Assembly (NCBI RefSeq): GCF_009914755.1
Contig: NC_060947.1
Reading direction: 5' to 3' (one strand)
DNA from: the human T2T-CHM13v2.0 reference genome, Homo sapiens
Length of the DNA stretch: 64,000 nt
Shown here: one piece after another, positions 44,821 through 59,531 of the stretch
Numbering within the stretch: the stretch's first letter is position 1
How the letters are laid out: the number at the start of each line of letters is the position of its first letter
The notes under the pieces: generated by a model
Databases searched by the model: none
The model's input: the letters and a program-made list of their open reading frames with translations, nothing else
What the model was told of the DNA's origin: nothing
Made by a program: the position numbers and the translations under genes

Positions 44821-45247
44821 TTATATATATACATATATACAGTATAAAATAATGTAAAATATACACTGTATGTATTTTATACATATATACTGTAATATAT
44901 ACATATACGTATTATAAACATATATACATACTATCTGTAAAATATAATACACTATATGTATTATATACCTATATACTGATATATATGAATGTATGTATTA
45001 TATACTTATATACATAAACTACATATATTACATGTTATATTACATACATATATAAATATATACTGTATATATTACATATATACATACTGTATGTATATAA
45101 TGATTTATGCAATATATTATTCATGTAGATATACACTAGATATATATGATAGGTATATATTTGTGTATGTATATTAAAAACTCATATATACTGTGATGTA
45201 TATTATATATATACATCCACACAGACAAACACATATATATACACATG
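44821..45247. repeat. TA-rich low-complexity tract
   Basis: Degenerate (TA)/(TACA)/(TATG) repeats. Confidence 0.9.
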
Positions 45248-45289
45248 TGATTAATTAAAAAAATAGAAAAACTACCACTACTACTACTG

Positions 45290-45712
45290 CAATGTTTCGG
45301 GAAGCACAGTTAAGAAGTAAAATTATAAGCAAAAGCAAATAAATGATTGCCATGAAAGGCACCATACTGGTTATCTTTGCAGGGAAGAAGACGGTAGTGA
45401 TTTAAAACTAGTGTGAGGGAAGCTTTTGGGAGCTGTCAATGTTCTAATTCTCGACACGCTTGGTGGGACACTGGTGTTTACATTATACATAAATTATGGA
45501 CCTCTGAACATTTGTTCTGTGCATTATTATATGTGTATGTTATATTTCATAATGAGAAAGTTTTTAAAGGGAAGGATATGATAATTGCCCTGATTTGATC
45601 ATTATACTATGTATACATGCATTAGCATATCACATTGTACCCAAAAAATATGTACAAATATTATGTGTCAAGATTATAAATTTAAAAATTAAATAAATAA
45701 AAAGGAAATTGT
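45290..45712 (+). mobile_element. Old L1 3' UTR fragments (L1ME-like, then L1MA-like terminus)
   Basis: gtggttatctttg-like and 'ccctgatttgatcattatactatgtatacatg...cacattgtaccc...aatattatgtgtcaa' motifs. Confidence 0.6.
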
Positions 45713-45829
45713 TTAAAAAAGAAAGAAGACAGGTATAAAAATAAAGCTTGCTTTATGGTTGTTAAAGTGATTGAGGAGAAGGAATAAAGAGACTTATAAA
45801 TACCACTTTTGCTACTTAAGAATTCTCAT

Positions 45830-48810
45830 TTGTGAGATTTTTTGTCATGAAAGGCTATTGAATTTTATCAAATGATTTTCCTGCATCTATTAAGATAATC
45901 ATGTAATTTTTCTTCATTCTCTTAATGCAATGTTTTGCATCAATGCATCTGCATATGTTGAACAATGCTTTTATCCCGGGAGTAAACTCTACTTGGTCAT
46001 GGAGTATGATCCTTTTCATGTGCTGTTGAATTCAGTTTGCTAGGGTTTTGTTGAGGATATTTTTATAGGAATTGATCAGGGATACTGAGCTGTAGTTTAC
46101 TTCCCTAGTAATATCTTTATTTGGCTTTGACATCAGTGTAATCCTGGTCTCATGAAATGAGTATGGAAGTGCTCTTTGCTTTTCAATTTTTTGAAAGAAT
46201 TTGAGAAGGATTGGTGTTAATTATCCTTTAAATGTGCAGTAGAATAAATCAGTGTATCCATCTGGTCCTGGGCTTTTCTTTGTTGGGAGGTTTTTGATTA
46301 CTAATTCAATAAACTTCTGTTATTGGTCTGTTCACATTTTCTATTTCTTCATGATTCAGTCTTAGAAGGTTATATGTTTTTAAGAACTTATCCATTTCTT
46401 CTACTTTACTAATTTGTTGGCAAATAATTATTCGTCATACTCTCTTATAATTCTTTTCATTTCTGTGGCTTTAGTTCTAATGTCCCCTCATTCATTTATA
46501 ATACTTTTTGAGTCGTCTCTTTGTTTTTGTTTTTAATAACTAGCCTAGCTAACAGTTTGTCAATTTTATCTGTAAAATGGGACCATATAAGATCCTGATT
46601 GTCCAAAGAAATCTTTAGAAAGAACAAAGCTTAAGACACCATACATTCTGATTTTAAAATGTATTACAGAGCTACAGTGATTTAAACTGCACAATATTGG
46701 TATAAAAAAAACTTACAGTATAGTTGAAAAATAAATAGAAAGCCCAGAAATAAACCCATGAATACTGTATACAGTTAACTGATCTTTAACAAGTTTGTCA
46801 ATAATACTGAATAAAGAAAGGACAATCTATTCAAGTAATGGTGCTGGAAATCCACATGCAAGAAGAATGAAATTGGACCCTTTTTCTTCACACCACACAC
46901 ACATACACACACCACACGTGCACACACACATCAAACTCAAAATAGATTAAAGTTTGAAATATAAGACCTGAGAATGTAAAACTCCTAGGGACAACGTGTT
47001 ATGACATTGGTCTTGACACTAATTTCTTGGATATGCAATCAAAAGCACAAGAAACAAGCAGAAGTAGACAAGTGTACATACATCCATCTAAAAGGCTTCT
47101 GCACAACAAAAGAAACAATTGACTGAATGAAAAGGCAACCTATATTTGCAAATCATATATCTGATAAGTGGATAATATGTAATGTATATAAGGAACTCCT
47201 AAAAGTCAATAACAAAAATATTTTGATTAAGAAATAGATCAAAGACTTAATAGGCACCTTGCCAAAAAAGATATACAGATGAAAATCAGCATATAAAAAG
47301 ATGCTCCACATTATATGTCATCAGGGAAATGCAAATTTATAAAAACAAAGAAATACCACCACACAACTATGAGAATGGCCAAAATCAAGAACACAGACAA
47401 CACATAATATTGGTGAGAATGTGGAGTAACAGAAACTATCATTCATTATTGTGAAAATGCAAACTAGTACAGCCACTTTTGAAGACAGTTTTGTAGAATC
47501 TTACAAAACTAAATATAATTTTACCTTGTGATGCAGCAATCTCTGTCCTGTGTGCATGCTCAACTTCCAAAGGAGCTGAAAACTTAAGTCCACAAAAAGT
47601 CCTGCACACAGATATTTACAGCAGCTTTATTCATAATTTCCAAAACTTGGAAGCAACCAATATGTCCTACAGTAGGCAAATAAATAAATAATCTGTGGTA
47701 CATCCAGACAATAGAATATTATTAAGTACTAAAACAAAATGAGATATCAAGCCATAAGAAGACACAGAGGGAACTGAAATTCATATTACTGGGTGAAAGA
47801 AGACAATTTAAAAAGGCTACATACTACATGATTTTAATTATATAACTTCTGAAAAAGTCAAAATCTAGAGTCAATACAAATTTTTGTAGTTGTCAGTGTT
47901 GGGGCAAGGGAAGGATGAATAGGCAGAGCACAAAGAATGTTTAAACCCTTAAAAATACTCTGAATGACATTATAATGGTGTACATATGTCATAATTTTGT
48001 CTAAAACTACAAAATATATAAGACCAAGAGTGAAAGAATGTAATTGATGGACTCTTGGTAATATCATGTGTCAATGTAGCTCCTCAATTGTAAAAAATTG
48101 ACCACCCTGGTGGGGCATATTGATGATTGGGGAGGTTGTGCATGTGTGGTGACAGAGTTGTATAGGATATCTTTGTCCCTTCTTCTCAATTTTGTTGTGA
48201 ACTTAAAACTCTGAAAATATTGTCTTTTTAAAAAATGGACAGAAACTTGAACAGACATTTTTCCAAAGAAGACATACAAATGGTGAACAGGCATACAGAA
48301 AGATACACAGCATCACTAACCATCAGGAAAATGCAAATCAAAATCACAATGAGATATTCTCAGGCATGTTAGAATGACTGTTATAAAAAAATCAAAGGAT
48401 AAAAGTTTTGGTAGGCTTGTGGATAAATTAGAACGCTTCCTTCCTTGTACACTGTGGCTGGGAATGTAAAATGGTGCAGCCACTTTGGAAAATGTTATAG
48501 AGATTCCTCAAAAAATTAAAAATAGAACTATCATATGATCCAGCAAAATCATTTCTGAGTATATTTCTAAAATAATCATAGTTAGAACACCTAAAAGTTA
48601 TCTGTACTCCTATGTTTATTGCAGTGGTATTTACAGCAGCCAAGGTATGGAAACAAACTTAATGTTCATCAACAGATGAATAGGTTAAAAAATGTGGTAT
48701 ATACATATAATGGAATATTATTCAGTCTTAAAAAATGAGGAAATTTTGCTACATGTGACATTGTGCATAAACCTGGAGGACATTATGCTAAATGAAATTA
48801 ACCAGATCCC
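45830..48810. mobile_element. L1MA/MB ORF2-3' element with inverted 5' part (45830-46570 minus, 46590-48810 plus), interrupted by L1MC1
   Basis: Antisense ORF2 RT region, then sense ORF2 C-terminal region; resumes at ~48235 after the L1MC1 tail. Confidence 0.75.
47225..48235 (+). mobile_element. L1MC1-like 3' end
   Basis: gatgctccacattatatgtcatcaggg, aaggagctgaaaactt, gtacatccagacaat, ggatgaataggcagagcaca, ctcaattttgttgtgaacttaaaact. Confidence 0.8.
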
Positions 48811-49131
48811 TTGTGATCAACCCTCATCAACCTCTTCCCCTTCTCGTTTCTGGCAATAGTTGATCTGCTTTCTGAAACTATAGTTTTGCCTTTTCAGGAA
48901 TTTCAAAAAATGAAATGACATAATATGCATTTTAAGTGTTTCATTTATTTAGGCTTTTTAACTAATTCACATTGTTCCATGTATGAATTTTTTGTTCCTT
49001 TTTTTTTTCTTGCTGAGTAATGTACCACTTCATGGACATGCCACAAATTAGTTATCTATTTTCTACATCATTTTCATTTGGGTTAGTTTCAGGTTCAGGC
49101 TATTATGAATAAAGCCATCAGGAACATTTGA

Positions 49132-49479
<348 letters not shown>

Positions 49480-49684
49480 ATATTATCATTTCTATCAGGT
49501 AAATTCCTAGGAGCAAAATTTTAGGGTAATATGTTAAGTGGATGCTTAACTTAGTAAGAAACTGCCAAGTTCTGTTGAAAGGGTCTATGTCATTTTGCAT
49601 TGTGAAGAGCAATATATGAGATTTCGAATTGCTCCATATCCTGTTTAATACTTAGAATTGTCAGTTATTTTAATTAGAATCACT

Positions 49685-49685
<1 letters not shown>

Positions 49686-49712
<27 letters not shown>
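49686..49712. repeat. (TG)n microsatellite
   Basis: Perfect TG run. Confidence 0.95.
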
Positions 49713-49715
<3 letters not shown>

Positions 49716-50404
49716 GCATTATATTTTTGGTTTAATTTCCTTGTACATTATGACAAATAATGTGAGCATCTTGTCATATGCTTATTTGCCATTCATGTCT
49801 GTTCGGCAACATGTTTAATTAAATATATTGCCCATTTTTAAATTAGATTGTTTCATTTGCTATTACCTAGTTGTAATTGTGCTTTATATACTCTGGATAC
49901 AAATATTGGCTAGAAGTGTTGTGAATAATTACTTTCAGTCTAAACACCTTGGCTTTTCATTATCTTTCTCTTCTTTTGATTTTAAATTCTTTGAAATTAT
50001 GGTGATGTTTAACTTACAATTTTTTTACGTTTCATGTTTGTTTGTGTGCATGTGTGTTTGTGTTGTGGAAAAGAAATAGTTGCCTATCCTAAGATAGAAA
50101 ATCTTCTTTTTTCTTATGTTTTCTTCCACAGTTTACATAGTTTTAAGTTTTAAATTTAGGTACAGACATATCTCAAATTATTTTTGGGAATGGTGTTGAT
50201 GTAAAGTTTATGTTTTTTTTTCCATGTGGCTATCAAGTTGATGTAACACCATTTTTTGAAAACATATTCTATTTCCCTTTTAAGTACCCAGATACATTTA
50301 TTTAAAATTAATTAATAATATATGAGTAGATCTATTTCTAGACTATCTCTTTCCATTTATTTATGTATTTATCCTTCTACTAAAATGACATATGGGATAT
50401 TGCA

Positions 50405-50510
50405 TTTTTATTTTTACTTTTAGAGAAGGAGTCCCACTATGGTGCCCAGGATATACTCATCTCAGCCTCCTGAGCTTCTGGAACTACAAGCATGTGTAAC
50501 CACACATGGG
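50405..50510 (-). mobile_element. FLAM/AluJ monomer fragment
   Basis: ttttagaga...gtcccactatggtgcccagg...ctcagcctcctgag...actacaagcatgtg. Confidence 0.6.
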
Positions 50511-50592
50511 TGATTATTGTACCTTTAAATAAATTTTGAAATTAGGCAAAGTAAGTTCTTCAACTTTGTCATTTTTCAAATAATTTTAGTAA

Positions 50593-52041
<1,449 letters not shown>

Positions 52042-52126
52042 GAATTTTAGCATCATTTGTTAAAATGAATATCAGTTTTACATTGCATTTTCTCTGTACT
52101 TATGCCAAAAATCAGTTGTTCATATA

Positions 52127-52460
52127 CATCTGATCCTTGAACATCATGGGTTTTAACTGTACAGGTTCATTTATATATAGATTTTGTTCTGCCTCTGCTA
52201 CCCTTGAGACACCTAGATCAACCCTTCGTTTTTCTCCTCCTCCTACGCCTATTCAACATAGACAATGAGGATGAAGATCTTTATGATGAATGATGATACA
52301 TGTCCACTTAATGAATAGCAAATATATTTTTTCTTCTTTATGGTTTTCTTAATAACATTTTCTTTTATCTAGCTTACGTTATTGTAAGAATACAGTATAT
52401 AATGCATATAACATACAAAATATGTGTTAAATGACAGTTTATGTTATTGGTAAGGATTAT
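52127..52460 (+). mobile_element. Tigger2a (MER28) DNA transposon fossil, 3' truncated
   Basis: gatccttgaacatcatgggttttaactg...gaggatgaagatctttatgatga...ccacttaatgaatag...tgtaagaatacagtatata. Confidence 0.8.
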
Positions 52461-52544
52461 CAGCTTCACAATATTCTTTTCTACTTTTAGTTTTCTGAGG
52501 GATGTTTATGAGAAACATTGATTTTTATTAAATTACTTTTTCTT

Positions 52545-55279
52545 ATAATTTTTTAAAAATTAAATTTAAATTTAAATTTTTTGGAGGGGAACATAACGTG
52601 TGTATATTTATAGGGTACATGAGATGTTTTGACACAGGCATGAAATGTGAAATAAGTGCATCATGAAGAATGGAGTATTCATTTCCTCAAGCATTTATTC
52701 ATTGAGTTGCAAACAATCCAATTACAGTCTTTAAGTCATTTTAAAATGTACAGTTAGTTATTATTGACTAAAGTCACACTATTATGTTATCAAATAGTAG
52801 GTCTTTTTCATTCTTTCTATATTTTTTGTTCCCGTTAACCATCGCCACCTCCCTCACCATCCCCCATTACCCTTCGGATTCTCTGGTAACCAGAGTGTAA
52901 CTGGCCTGTTTGCAACTCAATGGAGTATCACAAGTTAAATTGTTTTGATTTTTTGTGGATCCAACAAATAAGTGAGAACATGTGCTGTTTCTTTCTGTGC
53001 CTGTCTTATTTCACGTAACATAATGGTCTCCAGTTCCATCCATGTTGTTGCAAATGACGGGATCTCATTCTTTTTTATGGCTAAATAGTAATTCATTGTT
53101 TATATGTACCACATTTTCTTTATCCATTCATCCGTTGAGGGACACTTAGGTTGGTTCCAAATCTTAGCTATTGGAAACGGAGCTGCAGCAAACATAGAAG
53201 TGCAGGTATCTCTTCACTACATGGATTTCATTTCATTGAGTATACACCCAGCAGTGGGATTGCTGGATCATATGGTAGATCGATTTTTAGCTTTTTGAGG
53301 AACCTCCCCAAAACTATTCTCCATAGTGGTTGTACTAATTTACATTCCCACCAACAGTGTACGAGGGTTTCCTTTTCTCCACATCCTCACCAGCGTTTGT
53401 TATTCCCTGTCTTTTGGATATAAGCCATTTTAACTGGGGTGAGATGATATCTCATTGTAGATTTGATTTAAGTTTCTCTGATGATCAATGATATTGAGCA
53501 ACTATTCATATGCTTCTTTGCCATTTGTATGCCTTCTTTTGGGAAATGTCTATTTAAATCTTTGCCCATGTATTAATGGGATTATTTTTTCCTATTGAGT
53601 TGTTTGAACTCCTTATATATTCTGGTTATTAATTCATTGTCAGATAGGTAGTTTGCAAGTATTTTCTCCCATTCTTTGTGTTGTCCATCACTTTGTTGAT
53701 TTTATCCTTTGCTGTGCAGAGGCTTTTCAACTTGGTGTGATCCCATTTGTCCATTTTGGCTTTGGCTTCCAGTGCTTCTAGAGTAGTGCTCAAAAAATGT
53801 AAGCACAGACCAGTGTCCTGGAGATTTTTTTCCAAAGTATTCTTGTATTAGTTCCAGGATTCGAGGTATTAGATTTAAGTCTTTAATCCATTTTGATTTG
53901 ATTTCTGTATATGGTGAGAGATACTGCTCTAGTTTAATTCTTTTGCATATTGATATCCAGTTTTTCCAGCACCGTTTATTGAAGAGACTGTCTTTTTTAG
54001 CCAATGATGGGAAGAAAAAAAGAGACTATCTTTTCCCTAGTGTATGTTCTTAGCCCCTTTCTCGAAAATCAGTTCACTGTAAATGAGTGGATTTGATTCT
54101 GGTTTGTCTATTCTGTTCCATTGATCTATGTGTCTGTTTTTATGCCAATACCATGTTGTTTCCATTACAATCCCTCTGTAGTATAATTTGAAATCAGGTG
54201 AGGTGATTCCTCCAGTTTTGTTCTTTTTGCTTAGGATAGTTTTGGCTATTCTGTGTCTTTTATGGTTCTTTATAAATTTTAGGATTTTTTTTCTATCTCT
54301 GTGAAGAATGTCATTTGTATTTTGATAAGGATTGCATTGAATCTGTTGATTGCTTTAGGTAGTATGGACATTTTAACAATATTGTTTTTCCAATCAATGA
54401 ATATGGATTATTTATCTATTTTTTTGGTGTCCTCTTCAATTCCTTTCATCAGTGTTTTACAGTTTTTAATATAGACACCTTTCAGTTCTTTCATTAATTT
54501 TTAGGAATTTAATTTTATGTATGGCTATTGTAAATGGGATTGCTTTTTGGTTTCTTTTTCATATTGTTTACTGTTTGCATATAGAAATGCCACTTTTTTA
54601 TGTTGATTTTGAATCTCGAATCTTTACTGAATATTTTATTAGTTCTGTTTTTTTGTGGAGTCTTTAGGTTTTCCCAAATAAATGATCATATCATCTGCGA
54701 ACAAGAATAATTTGACTTCTTTTTAATTTGGATGGCTTTTATATGTTTCACTTCTTTGATTTCTCTAGCTAGAATATCCAGTGCTATGTTAAATAAGAGT
54801 GGTTGGTGGCAGTGGGCATCCTTGTCATATTCCAGATTTTATAGAAAAGGCTTTCAGTTTTTCCCTATTCAGTATAATAATATTAATAGCTATGGGTCTG
54901 TCATATATGGCTTTTGTTATGTATTGGAATGTTTCTTCTATCTCCAGGTTTTTAGTGTTTTTTTCATGAAGGGATGTTGAATTGTATCAAACGTTTTTCA
55001 GCATTAATTAAAATAATCATACAGTTTGTATCCTTCATTCTGTTGATATGATGTATCACACTGATTGATTTGCATATATTAAACCATCCTTGAATCTCAG
55101 GGATAAATCCCACTTGGTCAAGATGAATAACATTTTTAATGTATTGTTGAATTTGGTTTGCTAGGATTTTTTTTTATTTTTGCAACAATATTCATAAGAG
55201 ATATTGACCTGTAGTGTTTTTTCTTTCCTTTTTTTTTCTTTTTTGATGTTGCTTTGTCTGGATTTGGTATCAGGGTAAT
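52545..55279 (-). mobile_element. L1MA1/L1MA2 3' UTR and ORF2 remnant
   Basis: Diagnostic 3' UTR (catcatgaagaatggagtattc...ctcaagcatttat...aaacaatccaattaca); decayed ORF2 frames 53629..54004. Confidence 0.88.
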
Positions 55280-57438
55280 ATGTTTTCCAGTTTACTTGCT
55301 CCATTTCCTTCTCTTTCAGGGATGCAAGTGTGCCATGGGTTTGGTCTTTTTGCATAATCCCATATTGTAATGATGTTTTGTACATTCTTTCTAATTTGTT
55401 TTTATTTTGTCTGGGTGGAGTAGAAGTACCAGTTTTAAAACTCTGAGCTTCTTCCCTCACCTTGGTGTATTTCATAATTTCATAATCACACTTATGATTA
55501 CATTATGAAATGTTTATAGTATATTTTTTAGCTCTAGAAGATCACTTTTTTTTTTTCTTAAAATGGTTATTTTGTCTTTCAGGTCTTGAATGATTTTACT
55601 GGATTCTTTGGATTCCTTGGATTGGGTTTCACATTTTTCCTGAATCTTGATGATTTTCATTGCCATCCAGATTCTGAATTCTATGTCTCCCATTTAAGAC
55701 ATTTCAGTCTGATTAAGAACCATTGCTAGGGAGACAGTGTGGTTCTTTGGAGATAAGAAGATACTCTCGCTTTTAGAGTTGCTAGAGTTCTTTTGCTGGT
55801 TCTTTCTCATCTTCGTGGCCTAATGTTCCTTTACCTGTGTTATAATTTGAGTCTTGTCATTTGGCTTCATTTCTGGATGTTTTTGGAGGGCCAAGGCTTT
55901 GTGCAGTATATGTAATTTTTGTGGCTGAATTCTTGCCCTTGGTTTCATAAGGGATTATATTAGCCATGTATTTTTTATCTAGTTTGGGCTGTGACCCATC
56001 AGATTGTGCTTAATAATGGCAATCAGATAAGTTACTACTCAGCCCCCTCCGGCTCCTCTATTTCCTCATGATTTCAGCCATGCCCTCTCTCCGTCCTAGA
56101 GTATGGGCTCCTCTCCCACTGAAGTACTGGCCACAGATCTTGGCTTGGCCCTCTGAGCCTGTATATCACAGCCCTTGGGCAAGTTCAGGCTATTTCTTCC
56201 CTCCTCAATTTGGGGGCAGTGGGGTGGGAAATTTGGCAGTGGCAATGGCAAAGGGTCTGTCACTTGTCTCTGTGAGCTCTACCCCACAGAGGTGGGGAAG
56301 CCATGCTGTGGCCAAATTCCAGGGGTCCTGACTGGTGAAGAGCAGGAGGTTGGGTCTCAGAGAGATTGACCTCCTCTTTGCATGGCAGCTGCAGCATGTT
56401 GTAGACGTGAGTAAAGCAATCAGGGCCTTTGTTCACTCCCCAGCCAAAGGGAAGCAAGAACAGGTACTGCTGCAGTGGCAATGGCATAGGGCTTGTCAGT
56501 TGTATCTGGGAATTCCACCCCAGATAAATAAAAGAGCCACTGCTGACTGAAGTGATTAGATGATTGTATGGCAGCTGCACTGGGGGTGCAGGTAAGGAGG
56601 CCCTGCCCATTGAAGGGTAGCAGGGGCAGAGGCCTGTGTGGAAAACTGCCTGGCCACTTTTCCATAGCTGTGGCATGCTGGCGGACTACGACAGCTCTTG
56701 GGCTTGTAGTTCTCACCCCAGCCTGCGGGATGGGGGTCATGGCAGTGGCAATTGAGGCGGTCCTGTAGGTTACCACTGGGAGCTCTATCCCAGAAAAGTT
56801 GGAGAGCTGTGACCTGCTGGAGTCCTCAGGCAGGGGTAGAGTGGTTGTGTTTGGGTCTCAGGCCAGTGGGCTTTGCCTGGCAAGGTGTAGTGGTGGTAGG
56901 GCCTGCAGTCTATCCACTCCTTAGCACTGTGGATACCTCTCCTGTACTGGAGGCATGCAAGATAGCCTGGCCTCCCTTGTTGGTGGTGCTATGGCAGCTG
57001 GTTATGGGGTTCTCAGCAATCCGAGGCCCTTGGGATTTCCTGGGGCATAAGCGGTAGGTCTGTCCAAATTCCATGCAGCTCTCTATGTCACTCTGGAGAT
57101 CCCAGAGGGAGAGGGGCAGGTGGGGTGGGAGTCAGGGGGGGACTCTCAAGTGCCCAGTATTGCAAAAGTCCATAGCCAAAATGTGGGTCTCCAGGAGCTC
57201 TCACTCACTGATCATCTCTCCATGATGGGGAGCCTCCCTTCCCTCTGTGCCAGTGCTTGGTGGGTGACTGTCCTGCCTCACTCTTGTCTGCTCTCCATAG
57301 GTCACCAATGCTTCCTTGATGAATGCCAATGTGACCTCCTGGACAATTCACATGAAGAACTAGTTTGTACTTACCACTGTATCTCCTCTGCATGAGAGTG
57401 GCACACACCAGCTGCTTCTAGTCAGCCATCTTGGCCCC
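55280..57438 (-). mobile_element. L1P4/L1PA15-16-like 5' UTR and partial ORF1
   Basis: Minus-strand start ggggccaagatggctgactagaagcagctgg; GC-richer UTR; ORF1 remnant (atgggattatgcaaaaagaccaaaccc). Confidence 0.8.
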
Positions 57439-57469
57439 AAAACACTACTTTAAAAAATACAATTGTCCT

Positions 57470-58107
57470 TTTATTGTGTTTTTAACTTTTATTTTAGAAT
57501 CAAGGAATACATGTGCAGATTTGTTACAAAAGAATATTGCATGATGCTGAGGTTTGGAGTATGACTGAATCCATGACCCAGGTAATGAGCATGGTACACA
57601 ATGGGTAGTTTTCAACCTTTACCCCCACCTTCCCTCCCCACTTTGTTTTTTCCTATCGTAGTGTTATTGTTCCCGTCTTTATGTTGACATATACCCAATG
57701 TTTAGCTTCCACATTGCTAGTGAGAATATGCAATATTTGGTCTTCTGTTTCTTTGCTAATTTGGTTACGATAATGGCCTTCAGCTACATCCATGCTTTGG
57801 CAAAGGACATGTTTTCATTCTTTTTACGGCTGTGTAGTATTCCACAGTGTATATATACCATATTTTCTTTATCCCATCTACCATTGATGGCACATGGGCT
57901 GATTTCATGTATTTGCTGCTGTGAAGAGTGCTGTGATGAACATGCTGGTGCATGTGTCTTTTTGGTAGAACAGTTTATTTTCCTTCGCATATATACCAAA
58001 AAATGGAATTGCTGTGTTGAATGGTAGTTTAACTCTTAGTTCTTTGAGAAACTGGAAAGCTTCTCTCCACAATGCCTCAACTAATTTATATTCCCACCAA
58101 CAGTCTA
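57470..58107 (-). mobile_element. L1PA15/16 3' end
   Basis: ttttaacttttattttaga...tgcatgatgctgaggtttggagtatgactgaatccatgacccaggta. Confidence 0.85.
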
Positions 58108-58842
58108 TGAAGTTCTTGTTCGTAAGAAGTTTGTGCTCATTTGAGAAATGCATCTTTAAATAATTAAGTAAAGCATGTTATACAGTGATAAAATAAATTA
58201 ATATTGTGTGCCAAAAGAAATATCACATTCTCTTTTAAAGGAAAATTCTGTGGACAGCTCATATTTCTATGGACTTCCTTTTCCTTTTGTTTTCAAAATA
58301 TACATGCACTGCATTGTCCTTGATGAATTAAAAAACCAAGGCCATTGTTTCATTTGCCAAACCTCTTTCAGGAACCAAAAAATAAACTTGTGTACCATGC
58401 CATGTCACTAGTGTTAAACAAGAATTTAGATCTCGTTCCCAATCTTAATTTGGCATTGTATTTTGCTGAAATTTATAGTAGTAGGGTCTACTTTTTACTC
58501 TTGAAAATATTTATTCTTTTAAACAAAAAAGTTATTTAATCTCCTGGCATTTATATTAAAGTACTAAACCTGTTTGTTTCTAAGATATATTGGGCCGTAT
58601 TAGTGACTTTGTTATAAATTTCAATGAAAATTTTTTGTTGCTGGCTTTGTGCCTGCCTGTTTCTTCTCTTGTCATTGTATATTTTCTAACAATTGTAAAA
58701 ATATGCATTTCAGATATAAAGAAATCACTCACTGAAGATCCAGACTGTTCATTGGATAATATTATCCTTTAAATGTGTAGCTGCTTATAATGGTAACACA
58801 ACCAAAAAAAATTTGTTGTATGCAATTGTAGGTGGTCAGGTA

Positions 58843-58845
<3 letters not shown>

Positions 58846-58897
<52 letters not shown>
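58846..58897. repeat. (TG)~26 microsatellite
   Basis: Perfect long TG run. Confidence 0.97.
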
Positions 58898-58900
<3 letters not shown>

Positions 58901-59301
58901 ACTGTTTAATAGTCATACTGGGCTGAAGTTTGTTGTACAAGTATGAGTGTGTACACATTTACCTGCATGCTTGTGAGTATGTGCAAAGTTCAGGATGTTA
59001 AATTGTGACACTTTGATAATTAAGGGCTTCTTGAAGCTTAGTTTTTAACAGGTACTTTTAAACATAGATTGGCATGTACATTTTCAGGATATATATCACT
59101 ACTGCTAGATCGACACATACACTTTCAAGATATACATCAGTGCTGCTATAAAGCCTTATTTTAATTTGACTCTATACTGTTGTGAAGATTCTGTGCCAAT
59201 ATCAAGCAGTGGAGCTTTGGATTTTTGAAATAGTTCCTACATTTGTTCATTGCTGCTTTGTCTTCTGATATCATTCACCACCTTCTACCTTGCTGTAATG
59301 A

Positions 59302-59531
59302 TTTTTTTAATTCATCGATTTTATTTTATTATTATACTTTAAGTTCTGGGATACATGTGCAGAACGTGCAGGTTTGTTACATAGGTATACACGTGCCATG
59401 GTGGTTTGCTGCACCCATCAACCCGTCATTTACGTTAGGTATTTTTCCTAATGCTATCCCTCCCCTAGCCCCCCACACCGCAACAGGCCCCCGTGTGTGA
59501 TTTTCCTCTCCGTGTTCACGTGTTCTCATTG
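59302..59531 (-). mobile_element. L1PA7-like 3' UTR-only insertion
   Basis: tatactttaagttctgggatacatgtgcagaacgtgcagg...cccctagccccccac. Confidence 0.9.

Noticed and set aside
56068-57408. Cluster of overlapping ORFs in a GC-richer segment, resembling a gene or CpG island
   Set aside because: It is an old L1 5' UTR, CpG-depleted, and fewer stop codons are expected at higher GC content
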